From Polyangiales bacterium (GTDB taxonomy: Bacteria > Myxococcota_A > Polyangia > Polyangiales > Polyangiaceae), in assembly GCA_038231275.1 (NCBI GenBank), contig JBBRLQ010000008.1, positions 205,645 through 269,644 of the forward strand: DNA of 64,000 bases. Direction: 5' to 3'. Below are positions 10,194 through 21,478 of this stretch, in pieces. The position numbers and the translations under genes were made by a program. Positions within the stretch are counted from its first letter, which is position 1, and each line of letters opens with the position of its first letter. The notes beneath the pieces were generated by a model. The model was given only the letters and a program-made list of their open reading frames with translations, had not been told where the DNA came from and searched no databases.

Positions 10194-10682
10194 ATGCGCT
10201 TTCGTCACCCCTTCGCCGCTGCGCTGATCCCCGTGCTGGGCCTCGCGCTCGCCGCGTCCGAGCGCCCCGCGGTCGCCGATCCGCTGCTGGAGGTCGGGGG
10301 AGACAAGATGAGCGTCGAGGCCGAGCGCCTGGACGTCGACGTCAACGCCGGCGAGGCGGTGCTCACCGGCAAGGTCATCCTCTCGAAAGGCGATCTGAAG
10401 GTCAGCTGCCCGCGCATCGATCTTAAGTTCAACACCTCGCCCCACATCACGTGGGCGAAGGGCTCCGGCGGCGTTCAGGCCGACGTACGCGGCGTCCACG
10501 CGGAGGCGCCGGAGGTCGAGCTCGATCTCGTCAAGTCGTCGCTTGAGCTTCGCGGCGGCGTTCGCCTCACGCGCGGTCAGGGATGGCTCCAGGCCGAGAA
10601 GGCGACCATCGACATCGCGTCCGCCAAGGTCACGCTCACGCAGGTGAAGGGCTCGATCCCGGTCCCGCCTCGAGGCCCGTGA
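10194..10682 (+). CDS. lptA: LptA/OstA-like beta-jellyroll periplasmic protein
   Basis: Signal peptide, then VEAERLDVD..AVLTGKVILSKGDLKVSCPRI..AKGSGGV..LELRGGVRLTRGQGWLQAEKATID. Lies immediately upstream of lptB and rpoN. Confidence 0.75.
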   Translation: MRFRHPFAAALIPVLGLALAASERPAVADPLLEVGGDKMSVEAERLDVDVNAGEAVLTGKVILSKGDLKVSCPRIDLKFNTSPHITWAKGSGGVQADVRGVHAEAPEVELDLVKSSLELRGGVRLTRGQGWLQAEKATIDIASAKVTLTQVKGSIPVPPRGP

Positions 10683-11431
10683 GCGAAGCGGCCTTGCGCA
10701 TCGAGGACCTCCGCGTCGTCCGCGGGGGCAAGGCGATCGTCCGCGGCGTCTCGCTCGACGCGCACGCGGGCGAGGTGCTCGGCTTGCTCGGTCCGTCCGG
10801 CGCGGGCAAGTCGACCCTCTTCCGCGCGATCGCCGGCGAGCTGCCGTGCGAGGGCGGGCACGTCCACCTCGGCGCCGACGACGTCACGGCGTGGCCGCTC
10901 TGGCGCCGCGCGCGTGCCGGGCTCGGCTACGTCCCGCAGACGCCGAGCGTCCTCTGGGATCTCACCGTGCGCGGCAACCTCGACGCGTTCCACCGCATCG
11001 TCCTCGAGCGCGCGCCCACGGCGAACGAGATCGATCTCGCCGCCGACCGCGTGAACCTCACGAGCCGCCTCGACGTGAACGCCGGCGAGCTGTCGGCCGG
11101 CGAGCGCCGTCGCCTCGAGCTCGCGCGCGCCATCACCCGGCAACCCAAGGTCCTCGTCTGCGACGAGCCGTTCGCCGGCGTCGATCCGCAAGGCGCCGCG
11201 CACCTCGGCGAGCTCCTCCGCGAGCTCGCCAAGACCGGGGACGTGGCCGTCATCCTGGCCGACCACCACGTCGCCGAGGCGCTCCACATCTGCACCCGCG
11301 CGACGCTCCTCCTCGACGGCCAAATCGCCGCGAGCGACGAGCCGGAGGCGTTCCGAGACCACCCCCTCGTGCGTGGCCGGTACCTCGGCAGCTGGCAGCG
11401 ATCGTTGCCGCCGCCCGCCCCCAGCAAGTAG
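10679..11431 (+). CDS. lptB: LptB-like ABC transporter ATP-binding protein
   Basis: GLLGPSGAGKST, RRARAGLGYVPQ, LSAGERRRLELARA, DEPFAGVDP, DHHV. GTGA overlap with lptA. Synteny with rpoN. Confidence 0.85.
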   Translation: MSEAALRIEDLRVVRGGKAIVRGVSLDAHAGEVLGLLGPSGAGKSTLFRAIAGELPCEGGHVHLGADDVTAWPLWRRARAGLGYVPQTPSVLWDLTVRGNLDAFHRIVLERAPTANEIDLAADRVNLTSRLDVNAGELSAGERRRLELARAITRQPKVLVCDEPFAGVDPQGAAHLGELLRELAKTGDVAVILADHHVAEALHICTRATLLLDGQIAASDEPEAFRDHPLVRGRYLGSWQRSLPPPAPSK

Positions 11432-11505
11432 CTCCGCGGTCGCCGTTCTCACTAGAGGAGGAGGGAAAACCCGCCCGCAAACGCCTGCGCAGCGCGTTTG
11501 ACGCC

Positions 11506-11521
11506 TGGCACGAAAGTCGCT
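11506..11521 (+). promoter_or_regulatory. Sigma54 -24/-12 element upstream of rpoN
   Basis: TGGCACGAAAGTCGCT has exact GG-N10-GC spacing and differs from TGGCACG-N4-TTGC(A/T) at one position. It lies 73 nt before the rpoN ATG. Confidence 0.7.
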
Positions 11522-11594
11522 GTGCGAGGCGCGCGGCGGGTGTTACCTTAAAGAATCGCAGGGCACCTTCGGGGGATCGCGGAGCTCGGTTCTG

Positions 11595-13133
11595 ATGGAA
11601 ATCAAACAGCAACTAAAGCTCAGTCAGCAGCTGGTCATGACCCCGCAGTTGCAGCAGGCGATCCGCCTCCTGCAGCTTTCGCGCCTGGAGCTCATCGACG
11701 AAATCCGCAAGGAGCTCGACGCCAACCCCGTGCTCGCGGACGACGAGATCGATCCGCGTGCCCGCGGCCAGAAGACGGAGACCGGAGCCGCGCCCAACGA
11801 GCAGATCGACCCAGGCGTCGCCGCCAGCGCCGGCGAGGAGCGCATCGAGCGCCTCGAAGACCGCATGCGCGCGGCCGATCCGAACACCACTCACCCCGAC
11901 GAAAAACGCACGCAAGAGATCGACTGGGAGCAGTTCCTCGAGAACCGCACCCTCCAGCAGCCGCTGCCCGCCAGCCGCGGCGGCTTCGAAGAGCTCCCGC
12001 CGATCGAGGCGAGCCTCACGAAGCAGCAGAGCCTCGTCGACCACCTCAAATGGCAGCTCCAGCTCTCCGACTTCGGAGACGACGAGCGCCGCTTCGCCGA
12101 GCTCGTCCTCGGCAACCTCGACGAAAACGGCTTCCTCGATCTCAAAGGCACCGAGCGCGAAGACGGAACACGCACCCCAGACCTCACCATCGAAGAGATG
12201 GCCGAGGCCGCCGAGCTGAACCCCGAGGACGCGCCCGAGGTCCTGCGCATCATGCAGGAGTGGGATCCGGTCGGCGTGTGCTCCCGCGGCCTCAAAGAGT
12301 GCCTCATGGTCCAGGCCGAGGTGTTCGGCTACGACGACCTCGAGGTGCTCATCATCGACAAGCACCTCCACAACCTGGAGAAGCACAACTACCAGGCGAT
12401 CGCGCGCGATCTGAAGGTGCCGGTCGAAGAGGTGTACGAGGCCGTCAAGGAGATCCAGAAGCTCGAGAGCCGTCCGGCCCGCAATTTCAGCGAGACCGAC
12501 GAGAAGAGCATCGCGATCACCCCCGACGTGTACGTCATCAAGGACGGCGGCAAGTTCGTCGTCTCGGACAACGATCGCGGCGTGCAGCGCCTCTACATCA
12601 ACGAAGCGCTGACGAAGCAGCTCCTCAAGGATCCGAACGCCAAGGAGTTCATCGGCGAGAAGCTCCGCAACGCGCAGTGGCTGATTCGCGCGATCGAGCA
12701 GCGCCGAAAGACGATCATCCGCGTCACCGAGTGCATCGTCGAGAAGCAGCGCGACTTCTTCGAGAAGGGAGTGGCCTTCTTGAAACCCATGATCCTGCGC
12801 GACGTCGCCGAGACCGTGGGCATGCACGAGTCGACGATCAGCCGCGTCACGACGAACAAGTACGTGCACACGCCGCAAGGGCTCTTCGAGCTCAAATACT
12901 TCTTCAACTCGTCGATCCGGCGCGTCGCGGAAGAAGACATCGCGAGCGAGAGCGTCAAGCAGGCGATCAAGAAGATCATCGACGGCGAGGACAAGCAGAA
13001 CCCGCTCTCCGATCAGGCGATCGTCGAGATCCTCGCGAAGAACGACGGCATCCAGATCGCGCGCCGCACGGTCGCCAAGTACCGCGAGATGCTCGGCATC
13101 CTCGCCTCCAGCAAGCGCAAGAAGCTCTTCTAG
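11595..13133 (+). CDS. rpoN: RNA polymerase sigma-54 factor
   Basis: N-terminal QQLVMTPQLQQAIRLLQLS, HESTISRVT, ELKYFF, RpoN box ARRTVAKYRE. Confidence 0.99.
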   Translation: MEIKQQLKLSQQLVMTPQLQQAIRLLQLSRLELIDEIRKELDANPVLADDEIDPRARGQKTETGAAPNEQIDPGVAASAGEERIERLEDRMRAADPNTTHPDEKRTQEIDWEQFLENRTLQQPLPASRGGFEELPPIEASLTKQQSLVDHLKWQLQLSDFGDDERRFAELVLGNLDENGFLDLKGTEREDGTRTPDLTIEEMAEAAELNPEDAPEVLRIMQEWDPVGVCSRGLKECLMVQAEVFGYDDLEVLIIDKHLHNLEKHNYQAIARDLKVPVEEVYEAVKEIQKLESRPARNFSETDEKSIAITPDVYVIKDGGKFVVSDNDRGVQRLYINEALTKQLLKDPNAKEFIGEKLRNAQWLIRAIEQRRKTIIRVTECIVEKQRDFFEKGVAFLKPMILRDVAETVGMHESTISRVTTNKYVHTPQGLFELKYFFNSSIRRVAEEDIASESVKQAIKKIIDGEDKQNPLSDQAIVEILAKNDGIQIARRTVAKYREMLGILASSKRKKLF

Positions 13134-13363
13134 GCGTTCTCACGCTCTCGCCGGGACGGCCGAGCCCTCGTATCCGGGTCGAGCAAGGTCCGTCCAGCGC
13201 CAAAAAACTGCGGAATGTCCGACGCTTCCGGGGGGTTACCCGCGCGTGACAAACCCGTGCGTGTCGTGCGCCTTTTTGTGCACGGGCCCCTCCGTAGACG
13301 GGGCTATTCTGAAGACATGGAGCGGCGGGGCTCGCGCCCAGCTGCCCAGGGAGGCTGAGCCCA

Positions 13364-13708
13364 ATGAACATCGCGATCACGTTCCGCCAGATGGATGCAA
13401 CCGAGGCGATGCGTGCGTATGCAACGGACAAGATCGGAAAGGTCCAGAAGTTCCTCCGTCAGCCCATGAAGGGGCACGTGACGCTCAGCCTGGAGAAACG
13501 GCTCCACACGGCAGAAGTCGACGTCCACTCGGGCTCGGAGCATTACCACGCGACCGAGAAGAGCGAGGACATGTACGCCTCGATCGACAAGGTGATCGAC
13601 AAGGTCGAGCGTCAGATCCGCGAGCATCACGGCGTCGCGAGCGGCCGGAAGAAGGGCGCCGAGCGCGCGAGCGAGCACCTCATCGCGGACGAGACCGGCG
13701 AAGAGTAG
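13364..13708 (+). CDS. hpf: Ribosome hibernation promoting factor (short HPF/RaiA family)
   Basis: MNIAITFRQMDATEAMRAYATDKIGK...DMYASIDKVIDKVERQI. Directly downstream of rpoN. Confidence 0.95.
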   Translation: MNIAITFRQMDATEAMRAYATDKIGKVQKFLRQPMKGHVTLSLEKRLHTAEVDVHSGSEHYHATEKSEDMYASIDKVIDKVERQIREHHGVASGRKKGAERASEHLIADETGEE

Positions 13709-13864
13709 AGGCGCGAGGAAGTGAGGGTCCGTCCACGCCTTTCGTGGACGGGCTCCCTTCGGCTGGGTAAGGTTGTCGCAAGGGACGCCGCCGCCGACGG
13801 AAATGGTCGCGTTGGGGGGCTTTCGCGGCGAAAGCGGCGGCACCACCTTTCCTAGGCCTACCCC

Positions 13865-14365
13865 ATGCGACTTACCGAGCTTCTCACCCCCGCGCGCGTA
13901 GGAATCGAGCACGTCGCTCCGACCGGAAGCGAAGGCGGCGCCGACCGCGCGAAGAACGGCTTGTTCGATAAATCAAAGGCGCTCTCGCTCCTTGCGGGAA
14001 TGCTGGCGACGGGCGCGTCGGTGTCACGCGCCGAGGTGGAGCGTGTGCTCGTCGAGCGCGAGGGGCTGCAGTCGACCGGCATCGGCGAGGGGGTCGCGAT
14101 CCCGCACGGCGCGCTCCCGCAGCTCGACGCGCAGAGCGCCGCACTCCTCATTGTGCCCGAAGGCGTCCAGTTCGATGCCATCGACGGCGCCCCCGTGAAC
14201 ATCCTCTTCGCCGTCATCGGCCCCAAGCGCGCGACGGGCGAGCACCTCAAGACGCTCGCGCGCGTGAGCCGTCTCCTCCGGAACAAGGGCTTTCGCGACC
14301 AGCTGGTGGGTGCATCGGCGGCGCAAGTCGCGTACGATCTGATCGCTGCCGAGGAGCAGAAATGA
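13865..14365 (+). CDS. ptsN: PTS EIIA (Ntr/fructose-type)
   Basis: ERE..STGIGEGVAIPHG (phospho-His), FDAIDGAPV, HLKTLARVSRLL. rpoN-cluster synteny. Confidence 0.92.
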   Translation: MRLTELLTPARVGIEHVAPTGSEGGADRAKNGLFDKSKALSLLAGMLATGASVSRAEVERVLVEREGLQSTGIGEGVAIPHGALPQLDAQSAALLIVPEGVQFDAIDGAPVNILFAVIGPKRATGEHLKTLARVSRLLRNKGFRDQLVGASAAQVAYDLIAAEEQK

Positions 14366-14381
14366 GCGATCCGGGGGGACC

Positions 14382-15553
<1,172 letters not shown>

Positions 15554-15557
<4 letters not shown>

Positions 15558-16636
15558 GCACCGTCTCCACCACCTCCGCCTTTCCCACCGATCCGCGCGC
15601 GCGTCCGCTGGTCGTCGTCGTCACCGGAATGAGCGGCGCCGGCAAGTCGACCGCGCTGCACGCACTCGAGGATCTCGGGTTCTTCTGCACCGACAACCTC
15701 CCGACGGTGCTGGCGCCGCAGGCCGTCGCGCTCTGCGAGCACGGCGGCATGACGCGGGTCGCCCTGGGCATCGACGCGCGCGTCCGAGCGTTCCTCGGCG
15801 AGACGGGCAACGTGCTCGCGATGCTCGAGAACGGCGGCCAGCGCGAGGTGCAGATCATCTTCCTCGACGCGTCCGACGAGACGCTCCTGCGTCGCTTCAG
15901 CGAGACGCGGCGACGGCATCCGCTCGACACGAGTGGGCAGGACGGCGCCGGCGCAGTGCTCGAGGGAGTCGCCCTCGAACGCGAGCGCCTCGCTCCCCTG
16001 CGCGCGCGCGCAACGCGGGTCTTCGACACCACGCTCCTCAGCGTCCACGAGCTCCGCCGCGCGGTCATCGCGCACTTCGGGCCTGCCGGCGACGGCACCC
16101 CCGAGGGCATGAGCACGCGCATCGTATCGTTCGGCTTCAAGTACGGCGCGCCGGTCGACGCCGATCTCGTGCTCGACGTTCGATTCCTCGAAAACCCTTA
16201 TTTCGTGCCGGAATTGAAGAATTTGCCCGGCACCGATCCCGCTGTGGAGCGCTTCGTCCTCGCGCTGCCGGAGACGCGCGAGTTCGTGCAGAAGACGCTG
16301 GAGCTCCTGCGCTTTGTGCTGCCGAAGTACGCACGCGAGGGGAAGAGCTACCTGACGATCGGCATCGGCTGCACCGGCGGGCGCCATCGCTCGGTCGTCG
16401 TCGCCGAGCGGCTCGCCGCCGATCTCACCGCGGCGCTCGGCGGCGACATCACGCTCGTCCACCGCGACGTGCTCCGCAAAGGGACCGGTGGCATCGCCGC
16501 GCGGTCCGCGTCCCAGCCGCCGCCGCCGCCCCACCTCGCGATGCCCGAAGAGCACAGCGAGCTGAAACACGCCTTGTCCCCGCTTCCGCAGCCCGTCCAC
16601 CAGAGCTTTCGTCCGCCCAAGGGAGGCAGCCTATGA
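15554..16636 (+). CDS. rapZ: RNase adapter RapZ (YhbJ) family P-loop protein
   Basis: VTGMSGAGKS..LEDLGFFCTDNLP, RRFSETRRRHPL, SFGFKYG..DADLVLDVRFLENP, IGCTGGRHRSV. ATGA overlap with hprK. Confidence 0.96.
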
Positions 16637-16911
16637 GCGAGCGCGAGGTCAAGCGCTTCGAGATCGTGAACAACCTCGGGCTGCACGCGCGCGCGGCGAC
16701 CAAGCTCGTCCAGCTCGCGTCGAAGTACCCGTGCGACGTCGAGGTCGCCAACGACGAGCAGACGGCGAACGGCAAGAGCGTCATGGGCGTGCTGCTCCTC
16801 TGCGGCTCGCGCGGGACGACGATCGAAGTGCGCGCGACCGGTACGCAGGCGAAGGAATGCGTGGAGGCCATCGGCCAGCTGATCGCCGGAAAATTCGGGG
16901 AGCCTGCGTGA
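16633..16911 (+). CDS. ptsH: Phosphocarrier protein HPr
   Basis: IVNNLGLHARAA (His15) and NGKSVMGVLLL (Ser46). Confidence 0.96.
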   Translation: MSEREVKRFEIVNNLGLHARAATKLVQLASKYPCDVEVANDEQTANGKSVMGVLLLCGSRGTTIEVRATGTQAKECVEAIGQLIAGKFGEPA

Positions 16912-16912
16912 G

Positions 16913-18877
<1,965 letters not shown>

Positions 18878-18930
18878 GGTCTTCGACGTCTCCAGACGCC
18901 CATCGCGCTTTGCGCGATTCGCCGACAGGC

Positions 18931-18990
18931 GATGGGGGGAGGCTCACGCCGAAGGCGTGAGGGGGCCCTCGGCCCCACCAGACGAAGGTA
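18931..18990 (-). repeat. REP-like double-hairpin element, family B, copy 1
   Basis: Minus strand reads TACCTTCGTCTGGT-GGGGCCgagGGCCCC-CTCACGCCttcGGCGTGAG-CCTCCCCC. Flanks and stem bases match the element at 34268-34332. Confidence 0.7.
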
Positions 18991-18991
18991 A

Positions 18992-19042
18992 ACATGAAGT
19001 CGCCTTCAACGATTCTCCGAATCGTTGAAGGCGACTTGATGT
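18992..19042. promoter_or_regulatory. Near-perfect 24-bp-arm palindrome (operator, cruciform or RNA hairpin)
   Basis: ACATGAAGTCGCCTTCAACGATTC-tcc-GAATCGTTGAAGGCGACTTGATGT, one mismatch. It abuts a -10-like TAACTT (19042-19047) and the ATG at 19058. Confidence 0.75.
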
Positions 19043-19057
19043 AACTTCCGCCCCCGC

Positions 19058-21478
19058 ATGGGTCCGGGAAACGCATTGAGACCGCTCGCTCGTCGGTTGG
19101 CCGCGCTCGCGATGGCCGCAGGAGCCGCGGGGATCGTCACCGCCGCCGCGCCCGGTTGCGCGAGCGACAAGGGGGGAATCGGGTCGGTCTGTCCGCCCGG
19201 GACGACCTGCCAGACGCGTCTGACGCTCCTCCACACCTCCGACATCCACTCGCGCCTCCTCCCCTACGATTTGCTCATCACGCAGGTCGACGGCGATTTG
19301 GGCCTCGGCAGCACCGGCACCGTCAAGAACGTCGGCGGCGTCGCGCGCATGGGGTACGTCCTCGGCCGCGAGCGCGCCCGCGCCGATCGGGTCCTGCACC
19401 TCGACTCCGGCGACTGCTTCCAGGGCGCCCCCATCTTCAATTTTTACTCCGGCGAGCCGGAGGTGCGCTCGGTCAGCCTCCTCGGCACCGACGCGGAGGT
19501 CATCGGCAACCACGAGTTCGATCGCGGCGCCATCAACGTCGCCCGCCAATACCAGCGCTGGAGCAATTTTCCGCTCCTCGCGGCCAACTACAAATTCGAC
19601 GACCAGACGCTCCCCAACGCGACGCTGATCAACACGGTCCTGACGCCGTTCACCGTGTTCAACCGCGAGGGACTCAAAATCGCCGTCATCGGCATGGGGA
19701 ACATCTCCACGCTGACGAGCGTGTTCGATCAGCCGAACAAGACCGGTATCCTGCCGCTGAGCACGATCGAGACGGCGCAGGGCTATGTCGATTTGCTGCG
19801 TCCCAGCGTCGACCTCATCGTCATGCTCACGCACCTCGGCCTCGAGGTCGATCAGCGCATGGTCCGCGGCACGACGGGGATCGACATCGTCCTCGGGGGC
19901 CACAACCACATCGTCATCAACCCGCCGCAGGTCGTCCAGGATTGCAGCGCGGATCCGCAGAACCCCGGCTACGTGTGGGCGGTAAACCCGAACCTGCCGA
20001 TCGATCCGGGAAACCCCGTCTACGACGCGAAGGACGTGAACCACCTCCATCCGAACGCGTTCCCGCGCCCGTGCAAGCCGCGCAAAGTCACGATCGCGCA
20101 CTCGGGGGCCTTCGCGAAGTACGTCGGCCGCCTCGACCTCGTCCTGTCCAACGATCCCGCGTCGATCTCGCCGACGGCCAACCCCGGCGACTACGATCCG
20201 CTGAACGGCTTCGAGGTCCTCTCGTCGCAGTACCTCGCATTCCCGATCGACGACTCGATCCCCGAAGATCCGGTCATGCTGGACATGCTCCAGCCCTATC
20301 GCCGCACGCTCGATCGCGTCGCCGATCTCGACATCCTCGTGGGCTTCTCGCCAGGCGGCGCCAAGCGCACCGCGCCGCAGGGCGGGGACGCGGCGCTCGG
20401 CAACCTCATCGCGACGGCGATGTGGCTGCGCCTCGGGGTCCAGACGGACTTCTCGCTGACCAACACCACCGGCATCCGCGCGGACTTGAACCCCGGGCCG
20501 ATCACGATCGAGGAGATGTACAACATCTTCCCGTTCGACAACTCGATCTCCAAGATGCAGCTCTCCGGCCTCGAGGTGCAGCAGCTCTTCGACTACGCGG
20601 CACGCCGAAGCGGCACCCGCGGCTGCGTCTCGCAGGCGCAGATCGCCGGCGCGCGCGTGCGCCTCAACTGCGACGGCTGCGCGAGGCCCGATCACCAATT
20701 CGGCTGCAACATCGACTCCGACTGCCCGCTCGCGTCGCAAGGCGCGTGCGACTCGACCACGGCAGGCATCAATGGCTTCACCCACCAATGCCGCCCGGTC
20801 GGCTGCGCCGAAGAGGTTTACATCGGCCAGCAGATCGACGCGAACAGCAACCCGCGCCCGTGCAACGCGGACCAAGAGTGCTCGACCGACGGCACCACCC
20901 ACGTGGGCCAGTGCTTCAAGGTGACGCTCGGCCAGCCCGGCAAATGCCAGTCGATCATCTCGCCAACCAACCTGTACGAGCTCGCGACGAGCAACTACCT
21001 CGCCGGCGGCGGCTCCGGCTACCGGGTCCTCCAGCGCAACACGACCCAGTTCGACACGCAGATCCAGCAGCGCGACGCGCTCATCGACTACCTCCGCCAG
21101 GGGCGCCCCTGCGGCTACGATGCAGCAGCAGGCACCGCAGAAGGCCTGAAATCCTGCTCGATCGACGCCGACTGCGGCAACACCTCGTTCGTCTGTGCGT
21201 GCGCCGGCCACTCGCAGGCCGATCGCACCGGCGGCAGCTTTGCGTGCAAGATCGACGGGCAATGCGACTCTGGCTCGGGGCGCTGCGTCCTCAGCGACTG
21301 CCGCAACCAGGTCGCGCAGTTCCACGAGAAGGTGTGCGCCGGCTCGCCCGACGCCGCGCGTTGCCAGATCGACCTCAACAGCTGCTCGCTGTCCGGCGAG
21401 GAGTGCAAATTTCTCTCTTGCGTCGATACGACGATCGGCAACCTGACCGACAACCGCCTGGAGATGATCGGCCGATGA
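19058..21478 (+). CDS. Metallophosphoesterase/5'-nucleotidase family lipoprotein with Cys-rich insertions
   Basis: LHTSDIHS, DSGDCFQG, GNHEFD, THLG, GGHNH. 5'-nucleotidase C domain: LGNLIATAM, NTTGIRADL, IFPFDN, LATSNYLAGGGSGY. Hydrophobic leader ending APG-C. Confidence 0.92.
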   Translation: MGPGNALRPLARRLAALAMAAGAAGIVTAAAPGCASDKGGIGSVCPPGTTCQTRLTLLHTSDIHSRLLPYDLLITQVDGDLGLGSTGTVKNVGGVARMGYVLGRERARADRVLHLDSGDCFQGAPIFNFYSGEPEVRSVSLLGTDAEVIGNHEFDRGAINVARQYQRWSNFPLLAANYKFDDQTLPNATLINTVLTPFTVFNREGLKIAVIGMGNISTLTSVFDQPNKTGILPLSTIETAQGYVDLLRPSVDLIVMLTHLGLEVDQRMVRGTTGIDIVLGGHNHIVINPPQVVQDCSADPQNPGYVWAVNPNLPIDPGNPVYDAKDVNHLHPNAFPRPCKPRKVTIAHSGAFAKYVGRLDLVLSNDPASISPTANPGDYDPLNGFEVLSSQYLAFPIDDSIPEDPVMLDMLQPYRRTLDRVADLDILVGFSPGGAKRTAPQGGDAALGNLIATAMWLRLGVQTDFSLTNTTGIRADLNPGPITIEEMYNIFPFDNSISKMQLSGLEVQQLFDYAARRSGTRGCVSQAQIAGARVRLNCDGCARPDHQFGCNIDSDCPLASQGACDSTTAGINGFTHQCRPVGCAEEVYIGQQIDANSNPRPCNADQECSTDGTTHVGQCFKVTLGQPGKCQSIISPTNLYELATSNYLAGGGSGYRVLQRNTTQFDTQIQQRDALIDYLRQGRPCGYDAAAGTAEGLKSCSIDADCGNTSFVCACAGHSQADRTGGSFACKIDGQCDSGSGRCVLSDCRNQVAQFHEKVCAGSPDAARCQIDLNSCSLSGEECKFLSCVDTTIGNLTDNRLEMIGR

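Noticed and set aside
19156..21474. Apparent 1285-aa giant ORF 19156..23013
   Set aside because: The first 773 codons are an Arg-rich off-frame overlap of the nucleotidase gene. The lipoprotein signal starts at 21475.
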